Shown here: piece by piece, positions 34,682 to 47,689 of the stretch
Layout: each line of letters begins with the position of its first letter
Numbering within the stretch: the first letter of the stretch is position 1
DNA from: Squalus acanthias
Lineage: Eukaryota
Direction: 5' to 3'
Assembly (NCBI GenBank): GCA_030390025.1
Contig: CM059432.1
Coordinates: forward strand, 114,392,001-114,456,000
DNA: 64,000 nucleotides
Program-made: the position numbers and the translations under genes
The notes under the pieces: model-generated
Database searches by the model: none
What the model was told of the DNA's origin: nothing
Seen by the model: only the letters and a program-made list of their open reading frames with translations

Positions 34682-37600
34682 CCATAGGAACATAGGAACA
34701 GGAGTAGGCCATTTAGCCATTGAATCTGTTCCGCCATACAATGAGATCGTGGCTGATCTGTGACCTAACTTCATATACCCGCCTTTGCCCCATATCCCTT
34801 AATACCTTTGGTTAACAAAAATCTATCAATCTCAGATTTAAAATGAACAATTGATCTAGCATCAATTGCCGTTTGCGGAAGAGAGTTCCAAACCTCCACC
34901 ACCCTTTGTGTGTAGAAGTGTTTCCTAATTTCACTCCTGAAAGGTCTGGCTTTAATTTTTAGACTATGCCCCCTAGTCCTAGACACCCCAACCAGCAGAA
35001 ATAGTTTTTCTCTATCTACCTTATCTGTTCCCCTTAATATCTTGAAAACTTAGATCAAATCACCTCTTAACCTTCTAAATTCCAGGGAATACAACCCTAA
35101 TTTGTACAATCTCTCCTCGTATTTTAACCCCTAGGTATCATTCTGGTAAACCTACGCTGCACTCCCTCCAAGGCCAATATATTCTTCCTAAGATGTGGTG
35201 CCCAGAACTGCTCACAGTACTCCAGGTGTGGTCTAACCAGGGCTTTGTATAGTTGTAGCATAACTTCTACCCAACAACAACTTGTATTTATATAGCGCCT
35301 TTAACGTAGTAAAACGTCCCAAGGCGCTTCACAGGAGTGTTATAAGACAAAAAATTGACACCGAGCCACATAAGAAATTAGGGCAGACTTGGTCAAAGAG
35401 GTAGGTTTTAAAGAGCGTCTTAAAGGAGGAAAGAGAGTTAGAGAGGCGGAGAGGTTTAGGGAGGGAGTTCCAGAGCTTAGGGCCTAGGCAGCTGAAGGCA
35501 TGCCCACCGATGGTAATCAGGGATACGCAAGAGGGCAGAATTTGAGGAGCGCAGATATCTCGGGGGGGGGGGGGGGGTTGTGGGGCTGAAGGAGGTTACA
35601 GAGATAGGGAGGGGCGAGACCATGGAGGGATTTGAAAACAAGGATGAGAATTTTGAAATCAAGGCGTTGCTTAACCAGGAGCCAATGTAGATCAGTGACC
35701 ACAGGGATGATGGGTGAATGGGACTTGGTGCGAGTTAGGACACGGGCAGCCGCATTTTGGATGACCTCAAGTTTACGCAGGAGTGCGCTGGAATAGTTAA
35801 GTCTAGAGGTAACAAAGGCATGGATGAGGGTTTCAGCAGCAGATCAGCTGAGGCAGGGGCAGAGACGGGTAATGTTACGGAGGTGGAAATATGTGGTCTT
35901 AGTTATGCCACGGATATGTGGTCGGATGCTCATTTCAGGGTCAAATATGACATCAAGGTTGCGAACAGTCTGGTTCAGCCTCAGACAGGTATTAGGGAGA
36001 GGGATGGAATCAGTGGCTAGGGAATGGAGTTTGTGTCGGGGACCGAAGACAATGGCTTCGGTCTTCCCAATATTTAATTGGAGAAAGTTTTTGCTCATCC
36101 AGTACTGGATGTCGGACAAGCAGTGTGTCAATTTAAAGACCGTGGAGGAGTCGAGCGAAGTGGTGCTGAGGTAGAGCTGGGTGTCGTCAGCGTACATGTG
36201 GAAACTGACGCCGTGTTTTCAGATGATGTCGCCAAGGGGCAGCTTACAGATGAGAAATAGGAGAGAGCCAAGGATAGATCCCTGGGGGACCCCAGAGGTA
36301 ATGATGTGGGAGTGGGAAGAGAAGCCATTGCAGGTGATTTTCTGGCTATGATTAGATAGATAAGAATGGAACCAGGCGAGTGCAGTCCCACCCAGCTGGA
36401 CGATGGTGGAGAGGCGTTGGAGGAGGATGGGGTGGTCAACCATGTCAAAGGCTGCAGACAGGTCGAGAAGGACGAGGAGGGATAGCTTATATTTGTCACA
36501 GTCACAAAGGATGTAATTTGTGACTTTGATGAGAGCCGTTTCAGTACTGTGGCAGGGGCGGAAACTGGATGGAGGGATTCAAACATGGAGTTCCGAGAAA
36601 GATGGGCACAGATTTGGGAGGTGACAACACGTTCAAGGATTCTGGAGAGGAAAGGGAGGTTGGAGATGGGGGTGGTAGTTTGCAAGGATGGAGGGGTCAA
36701 GGGTTGGTTTTTTGAGGAGAGGGGTGATGACAGCAGATTTGAAGGAGAGGGGGACAGTACCTGAGGAGAGCGAACTTTTAACAATGTCAGCTAACATGGG
36801 AGCCAGAAAAGGAAGTTTTCTGGGTGGTCAGCAGTTTAGTGGGGAGATCGGAGAGAAACTGGAGAAAGATGCGAGATCCGGGCTAGGGACATATTCTACT
36901 CCTCTAGATATAAAGGCCAACATTCCATTAGCCTTTTTGATTATTTTCTGTACCTGTTCATGACATTTTAATGATCTATGTACATGGAGCCCCAAGTCTC
37001 TTTGGACCCCCACTGTTTTTAGCTTTTCACCATTTAGAAAGTACCCTGTTCTATCCTTTTTAGGCCTAAAGTGGATGACCTCACATTTGCCTACACTGAA
37101 ATCCATTTGCCACAATTTTGCCCAATCACTTAATCTATTAAAAACCTTTTATAATTTTATGCTTTCATCTGCACTGCCTTCACTGCCACCTATCTTTGTG
37201 TCATCGGCAAATTTGGATATGTGGCTTTCTATCCCATCATCTAAGTCGTTAATAAATACGGTTGAGGCCCCAATACAGATCCCTGCGGGACACAACTAGC
37301 CACATCTGCCAATTAGAGTAACTGCCCATTATCCCTACTCTCTGTCTCCAGCCGCTCAGCCAATTTCCTAACCAGGTCAATAACTTGCCTTCAATTCCAT
37401 GGGCTTCAACCTTAGTTAACAATCTCTTATGAGGGACTTTATCAAATGCCTTCTGGAAGTCGATATAAATAGCATCCATAGACATTCCCCTGTCCACTAC
37501 TTTATTAACCACTTCAAAAAATTCAATCAGGTTCATCAGGCACGACCTACCCTTTACAAATCCATGCTGGCTCTCTCTGATCAGCTGAAAATGTTCAAGG

Positions 37601-38030
37601 TGTTCAGTCACCCTATCCTTAATTATAGACTAGTAATTTCCCGACAACAGATGTTTAGCTAACTGGTCTATAATTCCCTGGTTTCCCTCTCTCACCATTC
37701 TTAAATAGCGAAGTGACATGTGCAATTTTCCAATCTAAAGGAACGGTTCCTGAATCGAGAGAACTTTGGAAAATTATAGTTAGGGCTTCTGCAATGTGCT
37801 CACCTACTTCCTTTAAAATCCTGGGATGGAAACCATCTGGTCCTGGGGATTTGTCACTCTTTAGTGCCATTATTTCTTTCATGACTGTTATTTTGCTTAC
37901 ACTAATTTTGTTGAGTCTCTGTCCCTAATTCAATATTCGTTTCCTTGGGATTTCCGGCATGAACTCTTCTTCTACTGTAAATACTGACGCAAAGTAATTA
38001 TTCAACATTTCCTTATCACCTTTATCAGTT
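34682..38030 (-). mobile_element. CR1 element (third subfamily) interrupted by an L2 at 35272-36890
   Basis: 3' tail at ~34682; RT continues on both sides of the L2; the uninterrupted homologue at 48548-49450 shows the joined sequence. Confidence 0.9.
35272..36890 (-). mobile_element. L2 LINE 3' portion with (TTG)n tail
   Basis: YADDTQLYLS, WMSKNFLQLNIGKTE, DLHWLLVKQRLDFKILILVFKSLHGLAPPYL; tail appears on + as CAACAACAACTTGTATTTATATAGCGCC. Confidence 0.93.
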
Positions 38031-38873
38031 TTCAAGGGGCCAACATTGCTCCTGACCACTCTCTTTTTCCTAATATAATTGTAAAAAATCTTTGTTTTGA
38101 TTTTGAAAGTTTATTTTGTCCCTGATAATGGTTTCCAATAACTTCCCCACCACCAATGTTAGGCTGTGTGGCCTGTAGTTTCCTGGTTTATCCCTCTCCT
38201 CTTCCTTGACTAGAGGTATAACATTAGCAACCCTTCCGCACTACTCCTGTATCCAATGAGGATTGAAAGATTGTGACCAATCCCTCTGCTATTTCTACCT
38301 TTGCTTCTTTGAGCAACCTAACAAGAAGTGATGTAGATTAACAACAAAAAGCCTGAATATCTCAGACATTTAGGCGTATGTTTTCCTCTGTGTGTAAAGT
38401 TAAAGAAAAACATAGTCACTGAACTATAATTAATTGAGTAAAATTTTTTATTTAACCTTACAAACAGAGGAATTTGTACCCTTTAATTTGAGTTTTGACA
38501 CAGAATTTCTTCCAAATGAAAAATCCTCTTAAAAAAAGGTATCTCACACAGCGAGTTCCCAGTCTCAGCCAGGTCATCATGGAAAGGGGTGGTTACCAAA
38601 GATGGTGTAATTTCCCACCTAGAAAATTCATGGAGCATTGTGCCCATCTTCTAAGGGCTCCTTACAGTTATACCTGGACATTCACCCTCTCGGCTGAAGA
38701 ACTATGAAAGAAGGGAGAATTTAAACAAAACACGTATCTGGTCCTATTGTAATGCATGACAATTTAGAAAATCTTTTTCTACAATACAGCTATGTATGAA
38801 TCTGACTCATTTCTGTGTGTTGTAACTGGACTTAGGATTGCTATATGAGCTGCATCAGGTTATTGGCATCAAT

Positions 38874-41653
38874 GGCCGGAATTTTGCCTACCTGGGCAAG
38901 TCCGGTGCGGGCGGTCAGCGTGGCGGGTTGCGGCCCCGCTGCAGGCACCATCCCGCTGCTGAAAATGACTTTCCCTTAATAGGACCTATTAAGCCCGCCC
39001 TGTGCGTTACCCGGCCCAATTAAATGGTGCGAGTCTGGTAACGTCGTCGATGACGCCTTTTCAGCTGGGATCTTTAAAGGGGCCATGGCTACGTTGGATT
39101 TGAATGTCAATATAACATAGTGCTGTCAGTGCACTACAGCATTGGAGTGCTGCAAACACTGACAATGACTGCACAGAGGCAGAGGGCTGCACCAAGGTTC
39201 TCCAATGACTCCCTCCATATGCTTATGGAGAGAGTCAGAGCACGCAGGGAGGTTCTCTTCCTTATTAATGGACGGAAGAGACCTCCCCAGGACACCAAAA
39301 CAGCCTGGTGGGAGATTGCAGAGGAGGTCATCACAAGGGATGTGGTCACCACAAGGGATGTGGTCAGGAGGAGCTGGGTGCAGTTCCGCAAATGTTTCAA
39401 TTATCTCATGAGATCAGGAAACGTGAGTACAAAGCCACACTCACCTGCATCCTGCTGTGCCTCTCATCACATCCCCATCACTCTGCCTTCCCAACCCTAC
39501 CCCTGCACATCCTTACTCCACCAACATACCTTGCACATCCACCCATCCCTCTCTCTCTCTAACTACATAAGAGAGCCCAAAATAAGAGGGAGAGGGGGAG
39601 AACCGGCACTGGCCCTCCATCATTTGCAAACCTTACAACAGCAGAGGAGGCTACTTTAGAAATATCTGGAGTCGTCGAGCAGCTGGAGGTGGGAGATGGA
39701 GAGAGGGGGACATCTCAGCAACCTGGTGACAGAATTACATATCATACAGCTACATGGCATACATCAGTCACTCATATGGGAACTGATGTTAGCAGCCATT
39801 GAATGGTCATCATGTGCATAATGGTATCTGTACCCATTCTTGATATGACATATCAAACTCATCACTTTACTCTCCCACAGGTCCATCAAGAGGCCCCCCC
39901 CACCCCACTGTCTAGGAGGAAGAGGAAGATGACTTCTCAGAGGAGCCTACAGCCTCTGAGGGCGCACTGTCACCAGACATAAGTGCACCTAGCACCAGCG
40001 CAGATACGCACTCCTCGGTGGGTGTCACACGAGATAGAGTAGTGTTGTCACTTGGTGTCTCACAACTCACAAGTGAGCAAGAGCAGATGGTTGAGACAGG
40101 GACAGCAGTGGAGACTCCTCGCCAGAGGGCACAGGATGCTCCTACCTCTGCTCAGCTGCATGCAGACATTGAGCCTCGGGGTCATCCAGAAAGAGGGCGA
40201 TCCTGGAGGTGCAGGAAGAAGTGAAGGGGGCTCTGACAGGTTTTGCGAGCGTGATGTCTGCAAATGTTCAGAGAATGGAGGAGTCCATCTCCAACATGAG
40301 CACCACTGTGTCGCAGGCGATGACGACTGTAGGCTCCTCCATGGATAGGATGGCCACCTACATGGAGCAGCTAATGTGCCACTCACAGGAGCACATGTCT
40401 CTATGGATAACAGATGGCTATCTATGGAGGATAGATGGCTAGGTATGGAGAATGGATGGCAGAGGCTCATACACCTCCTCTCTTGGAGGGATGTCACCAT
40501 AGACGTGGGTCCTCAAAGCCCCACTGATGTTCAGCAAGGTGCTCTCCAGCTCCTTGGCAGCAGGGAAGTAAAGCAGGATGCCTATACCTCTGCTGAAGCC
40601 ACAGGACTAGCACCTCGTAGAAGCACGCTGAAGAGAAAGGTGACACACAAGTAGATTCACAAGGGTAGCCACTTGGGTGTTTTATCCAATATTTATGTAA
40701 AGTTTTCGTTAATGTGCTGTCAAACATTGAAATCTTTATAAGTAGCTTAGTGAGTTGCAGTGAATGGTGAGACATAATGGTACCTCCAGCAATGGTGGTG
40801 AGTGTGAAAGGAATGGCTTGGTCATTGTAGGGATGCTTTATGGTGTTGCTTTGGGGTGGTGCCAACTTGGCGCAGCATGTGGCAGCCACATGGGTGTACA
40901 GCATCAAGTGAAGTAAATCTGGCCATGATGAGGCTATCCCTGGCCTCCTGAGCAGCAATGTGCTCGGGTGCTGATGCTCTCTGTCCTGTGCAGCATCAGG
41001 TGATTGTGGAGAAGGTTGGTGGTGTTGTTGTTGGTGCTGCTGGTGTGCATGGTGCTGCTGGTGTTGGGGCTCATCGATGTCAGAGGACCAAGGTGAGACA
41101 GTATAAACGGCATCCATGCTGCTGGAATAGATGGCAAGTGAAGTAGAGATGACAGAAGCAATCTGTCAATGATGAGAGAGGTTCTTCCAATGAGGAAACA
41201 CTGGATGGAGACTTTGCTGGAAAGACTGCAGCCTGCAGAATCTTTGCTGGGAATGCAGTGAACAACAGCTTCTGCCTGAGGAAAGTGATCATCTGTCAGG
41301 TGTGAGCTTTTACTGTACATTTGATGCTGTCAACTAATCAGCTGGAGCAATGGCCACTGAACTCCCGCCTCAGGTTGACAGATGTGGTTCCCGAGTAATG
41401 TGTTTCCCGTGGCCATCCAGTTAAATTTAAAAGGTAAGGTTAAAACCACTCTTAAGTGTCTGACAACTAGCTACTAATAATTTAAATTGGGTCGCCCGCC
41501 TCTGCCGGTCGGGTCCGCGCCGACAGACGCGCCTGGGGGAAAGGCACGTGGGAGCAGGATGACAGCGGGTTCCTGACCCGCTCCCAAAAACAACAACTTT
41601 CCCACCCAACCCGCCTCCGATCGCACCCGCTACTACCCCGGAAAATTCCGGCC
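38874..41653 (-). mobile_element. Harbinger deletion derivative keeping the Myb/SANT gene but lacking the transposase core
   Basis: Perfect 12-bp TIRs GGCCGGAATTTT / AAAATTCCGGCC, TSD AAT; only the QQHH...PDAAQ 5' stub of the transposase remains (~40940-41115, minus strand). Confidence 0.9.
39165..40654 (+). pseudogene. Harbinger Myb/SANT gene copy, degraded (exon 1 39165-39422, exon 2 ~39560-39725, exon 3 39881-40654)
   Basis: MTAQRQRAAPRFSNDSLHMLMERVRARREVLF...KTAWWEIAEEV...RSWVQFRKCFNYL, donor GTGAGT at 39423, acceptor CTCCCACAG ending 39880, C-terminus RRSTLKRKVTHK matching the copy ending at 5142. Confidence 0.85.
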
Positions 41654-42267
41654 AATATCTTCAAGTATTTTTGATTCAAAATAACTACATCAGACTCCAA
41701 AATTTGATTTAGCTTCTTGGATTTTCTCAATAAAACAAAACCTGATGTTATCACATGTGAAGAGGGACTCTTGGAACAATCTTCAGGCTCAACTTGAACC
41801 CACAACTCTGATCCAGAAGGAAATAATATACTGCAGCTCCATGCCATTCACAATATATGTTTTTAGCTGTAACAAGGCCCCTCAATCACATGAAAGACTT
41901 CAATGCTGCATATATGATGAGCATGCATGTGTCAGGCTGGTGAAACAATTGTGACAAAATTCATTGACAACCAAGTAATCTGCTTGGAGCTGGAAACCTA
42001 TCTTGATACACAGCTGTGAATCACCATGAAATGCTTTATATTGTTTAAACGGGAAATATGGTGGCTTGTAATTGCATTTCCAAGCCTAGTGAGCTGAAGT
42101 CTCAGAGCACCCGTATAAATTATTATAATTCTTTCCATGGCAACTGCATATGTGGCTCATGCAGCTCAGTAACACCTTGTGCAAGAGTCAGTCAACACAA
42201 AAAACAAGGATTAGGAGGTTTAATACTCACAGGATGAATCCCTAAAAACCTCCCCTTAGGGAACCGT

Positions 42268-42830
42268 GGCCTTGATGTTAACCCCCACCACGACGGGCGG
42301 GAGGTTAAAAATTTTAAAACGGGAATGCATCCCCAACCGGCCGTGTACACACCCATTGCTGTTTGAATCGAGAGGCGGGACACTTCATTAAAATATTCAA
42401 ATCAAGCTCCCAGAGTGCAATTGGGGGCCTGGTTTCCCACGGCTCAGAAAACCCAGCAGCAAAATGGAGACAAGGGCTTTTTACAGCACTCCTAGTGGGC
42501 CTGGGGAGCAAGAGTGCTCCCCCCACCCGGCCCCTAAAGGAAGCTTTCGGCCTCCCCTCTGCCGTTCGTGGCCTCTCTCTCCGCCCCCCCACCCCCCGCC
42601 GTGGTCAGCGAACTCGCCCCCTTCCTCCTTTTTGCCGCTCTCTGTCTCCCCCCTCACCAAGCCCCAATCTGTAGCTCCCAGCCCTCTCGATTGGTGGTGA
42701 CTGTCCCCATGCCTGACAATTTGGTCAGCTGCCAGGAGGGAAACGGATAATATAGTCCTGCCGTTAAATTCAGCAGGACCTCCACATTCCCGGCCTTGCC
42801 CCACGCTATCGTGTTCCCCCATACCCTCCT
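42268..42830. mobile_element. GC-rich MITE-like element
   Basis: Starts GGCCTTGATGTTAAC; internal ACAGCACTCCTAGTGGGCC...GAGCAAGAGTGCT resembles the reverse complement of ~44200-44240; right end unclear. Confidence 0.5.
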
Positions 42831-43707
42831 CGCCTCCCCGTACATGTCTCTGCCTAGCTCTATACAGTATTACAGAATGATACCAAGACACTCATTTTGC
42901 TGCCATTTAAATAATTGAGACAATAATAATAAAATAGGTTTTCACTTTTAATTAAGGAGATTCTCTTCCTCATTATTTAACAAGTTAACCTTGAAACCAC
43001 TGTGCCTTCAACCTCCTTCCTTTTACAATGTCTACAGTAGGGTTGATATTTTTGTTTAAAGGTTATTGATTGCAATATTCATTGCTCAAGCAGTTACATT
43101 AGAAAATGAAAATCAGAAAGGATGTTCAGTATAACGATTTATCTTCCAAATCTAGGCTTTGCATTGGTTAGAAATCTGGCCATTACAGCTGGTTTTCAGC
43201 CAATGAAAATTCTTTTCATACATACAAAAAGATTCCTCACCTCCAAAATGGATGGTGGGAGCCTAGAGTCAAAAGAATAAGGGTAAGTTAAACATTCTAC
43301 AAAGGTTTAAAATGAGTATACAAGGAGTAAAATGTAAATAAAGGGGTCAGAGATGGAATTGAGAAGAGGAGAACATAGGAGAGATTAAAAGGATGACAAG
43401 GTGAGCAAGTTATTTTTTTGAAACTAAAATTTTGTTTTAATAATGACATTTAGTAGATAGGATCACAGAGACGTACAGAACTGGAAAAGGCCACTGCAGT
43501 CTATCTGGACAGTTTCAGGGTTAATATTACAATAATACAACTATTCCTGATGTAGGAGTAACTTAGTACTTTTTTTCCCAGTAAGTGAACTGAAAGCAAA
43601 CAAAACCAATTGTCCCAGGAAGACTGGAGGTTTCCTTAACTTGCCTTCAATCTAAAGATTAAAAGGTTTTTTTCCTTTTTAATTTAAAGAGCTCCTCAGG
43701 CACACAG

Positions 43708-44400
43708 GCCTGGATATTTACAGGGTGGGTTATGTAGGCGGGGCGGGGCGGAGTTGAGTTTCGGACTGGAAACCCGGAAGTGCACAGTGTGCGTCTTTTG
43801 ACCCTGACAGGTTCCCCACCTGGAAGCCAGCCTGATTGACAGGCTTGGGTTCCAGTCGAGCGGGGAGCACTCTGGGGCAGGTTGCAGGACCAGGTGGGTC
43901 TGATCCACGACCCCAGGGGGGACTGATCCCCGGGCGGGTGGGGGGGGGGGTGGGGATCCGTCCTCGAGGCGGGGCTCCCATCCCCGAACCAGGGGGCAAT
44001 CCCCGACCCCAGGTGAGTCCCCGACCCCAGGTGGGTCTAATCCTGGGGCAGGTCTGATCCTGGGCTGGGGGGGAGGTGTCAGTTCCCACACCCCAGGGGG
44101 GCCCGATCCCCGACCCCAGGGATCTTTGTATGTGGGGAGGTGCGATCTGATAGGAAGGAGCTTGGGAGGGCTGGGGAGACCTTGGCGGGCCAGGGGAAAG
44201 CACTCCTGCTCCTCCTGGCCCACAAGCAGTGCTGTAAAGGCACTTAACCTTCTCCTTGAAGCTGTCCTCGCCTTGCTTCAGCTGTCGGATGTCCCGAGGC
44301 CTGGGAAACCTGGCTGTCCACTATAAAAACTGCAAAGCAGGTAAAATCAGAGGCTGCCAGCCTCATTAATATGTTTAAAATGGCAACTCGCATCCTGGGG
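43708..44400. mobile_element. GC-rich MITE-like element with internal CCCCGACCCCAGG repeats
   Basis: Left end GGCCTGGATATTTACAGGG resembles 2369 GGCCTCGATTTTTACAGGG; right end not identified. Confidence 0.5.
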
Positions 44401-45015
44401 GTTAGTTACAGCACAGCCAAATGCAGAGTAGAACTCTCTCTACCCTTTCCCAAAGAAGGTGCTCCAACCCCAACCTCAGAAGTGCATGTCCTCATGTGAG
44501 ATTTTTCCTATTTCCCACACAAGCCATCCTGTGACCTCTCCACGGGAGATTGCCAATTAGTGCTAAATTAGGGACAGCTATCTACTGTAGGCCCATGCCT
44601 ATTAGGAACTGGATTGAAATTGTCCAAACTCACTACAATTAGGGCCGTTATACCCGGTAGACAGTAGGTGACATTCAAACTTTGGTAAAGTAAAGAATTA
44701 AACTGTGATTCAGTAAATGTATCTACAAGTTTATGTCCAACACAAAGAAAATCCCTTTATCAGGCTTTATATATACACTAAATAGAAAGTGACTGTTATT
44801 TAGAAGTAAAAAATGCACTGTTGCACATTTTGTTCAGCTAATATATTGAATAATCTTTGATTCTTTACTCTCGTTATATTAGCTACCTGGTAACAAATTT
44901 ACTCTGGTTTCAACATACATCTAGTACCAGATTGCTGGTAGGTGAATAATGACTTTTAGGATCCAGTGGAAATAAACCCCTTAATGAAAGGGCACATTCT
45001 GTAGCTGAGCATAAT

Positions 45016-45881
45016 GGCCGGAATTTTGCCGGTCCTCAGAGTGCGGGATTGGAGGCGGGACCGCTGTCAAAATGACAAAGATTGACAGCGGGCAGTAAAC
45101 CCACTGTCAACCCGCCTCCAATCAATCTTCCCAAGTGTCGGGTCCCCGATTTGCGCATGGACCCGACACCCAGCGGCGGGAAGAGGATTAAAGCTACTTA
45201 CCTGACTGTTAACAGGTACTTGATACTTGTTAACAGGCTCTTTTTCAATTTTGCCGCTTCTGCCTTGGGTTCCCCAACGTCCGGACACCACGCCAGGTAA
45301 GTGTGGTGTGTTGTGAGTCTGCTGTAATGTTTCTGCATTGATGACAGCTGCAGAAGTGGTGTGAAGGATCCAATGGTGCACTGGTGCGTTTCAGAGGTAA
45401 GGAAATGTTGGGGAAATTATTTTTAATGCATTTACACTTTTCTGTAGGTAACAAGTTTTGAATTGACTGTCTAGTCCCACCTCATTGGAAGAACCTCTCT
45501 CACCAGTGACAGATCACTTCTGTAACCTCACCTGCAGCTGCCATCTGTTCTAGCCGAAGGAGGGAGTCACTGGAGAGCCTGGGTGCAAGAGCTCACCTGT
45601 GAACAGTCATTGTCAGTATTTGCAGCACCTCAATGCTGTCAAACACTGAGAAATGAACTGTCAAAGAAAAATTGTGCGTGGTCCCTTTAAGAAAACTGGC
45701 AGATGATGCGTCATCAAATTACATCATCTGACTGGCTTCCTCTTAATTGGTTGGCAAGCCCGCAGGGCAGGCTTAACAAGGCCAATCGACGTCCGTTGGC
45801 CGGATGCAGTTGGGGGCGGGACTGGGACCTGGAAACCAGCTGACCCGCTCCCAAGCAGCATCCATTTGCAAAATCGCGGCC
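45016..45881 (+). mobile_element. Short Harbinger deletion derivative
   Basis: TIRs GGCCGGAATTTTGC / GCAAAATCGCGGCC, TSD AAT; ends homologous to 23901-24450 and 25770-26070. Confidence 0.88.
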
Positions 45882-46835
45882 AATATGTCTGAATTTCACT
45901 GTGCTAGTTTTTAAGAGAAAAAATAACTATGATATACCAATGTCTCCGCTTTGCCTAATTGCACTGCAAAAATTCCGTGAGTGCACATGGGCTTATATTA
46001 TATAAACATTGGCTTAAGTTCACTATAACTGATTTTTAAGAAGAAAGAAAATCAGAAATATATAGACATAATGTGACAAGATGGTCATCAAGCTGGTGCA
46101 GTCTTTGAATTTACAAGTAGAGTTAGAGAGGCATTGATCGATGTTGTGACTGACCATTAGTCAGGGTTGTAATGATAACATTCTATGAAAAGTAAATGAT
46201 GATAATTGAAGGTCCTGTGTGCATGTGAGCAGTTGTGCATGCGCACAATGATTATTTATGCATGTGGTAGGGTAAGTAGAATGGATAGGATGTAATGGTG
46301 TGGAACAGCAGTAAACTACCATGGCAACAGTGGTCCTATGCAGAGCTATTCAGCAGAGAATATGGCAACCAGCACAATCTGTAATGAGATCATGAGCAAG
46401 TAGCAAACTAGATTATCACGATGAATTTTAAAAGCAGTTAGACAAGAATGAACTTCAGTTATTTTTATAATGTAGGCTCTTGTGCAGTGTGATTAGGCAA
46501 AGACCAGACAAAGGCTTAATTATAGTTTTTTCTCTTTAAAAACTAGTGCAGTAAACTTCAGATGCACATTAGGTTCAACTACAGAATGTGCCCTTTAATT
46601 AAGAGGTATAGATCCACTGGGTCCTAAAAGTCACCATTTACTATAGTTGGTGCTGTCTAGTATGGAGCTGCTGGAGTCAATCACACTTTGCCTGTAGATG
46701 AATTACAGAAAGGCAAATTTTGGATGCAATTTATATTGCACTGGTTGACTTGACCCGCATAATGCACTTGCGCAAAATCATATCTGGCAATTCATCATAA
46801 CTCCACCTCACTCTAAGATTTGTAGGAAAAATATC

Positions 46836-47582
46836 GGCCCGTAATTTCCGACAGGAGACTTCCTGTGTGCGGATGCCTCCTTTCGGAAATAAATCTATGA
46901 ACTTACCTGAGGGCTCCCAAGGTGCGTGCACTTCCGCTCCTGGGCCTCTCCACAGTCGAAATGCGCAGGGCCCACGTATCCCAGAGGTGCATGCAGTTCA
47001 CAAGCGTCCCTGGGATCACGTGGGCCAGGCCAGCCAATAGGAGAAGGGAATCCCCAGTCATACTTTTGACAGATAGACCTGTCAAATATATGAATGGAGA
47101 TCACCCCAAAAACACAGTAAAACATTAAATAATTTTTTTTTAAACCATCACGTTTTTAAAATGAGTTAAGATTACAATAAATTAAATATTTTAAACAAAA
47201 ATTTAATTTTTTGAAAAAAATAATTTAAGCTTTTTACGGGGCTAAAAATAAACTTACCTTTTTAAAAAGTATTTAAAATTATAAATGAGTGAAAATTGTT
47301 TTACTTATTTCAACTCTTATGCTGGTAAAAGCAGGCCTGCTTTTACCAGGTGTAAGATTTCTAAGGGTTTTCTGCGGGCGGAGGTTCTCCAGAAAGCGGA
47401 ACTATCCGCCTGCAGAGGCCCTTCTCTAGGGCAGGCGTCCGATCTGTCAAGAGCATTCTTGACAGATCGGAAATACCGGTTTTCAGCGCATGCGCTTCGC
47501 ATGCCTGAAACCGGCATTTCCGATGTCCCTACGGGTGTGTACACAGCCCGTACACACCCGTAGGCATCAAAAAATACGGGCC
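46836..47582. mobile_element. Harbinger-type MITE related to 26170-26934
   Basis: TIRs GGCCCGTAATTT / AAAATACGGGCC; shared TGACAG...CTGTCAAAT palindrome, GCGCATGCGC and AT-rich core; flanks ATC/ATG. Confidence 0.8.
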
Positions 47583-47689
47583 ATGTTCTAATATAGCATA
47601 AAATCCAGGATATGTTGCAGCACTGTTGATGTTGCAGCACTGTTGATGTTGCACTTGTAAATTTTTTGCCAGCTGAGCAAATCATAATG

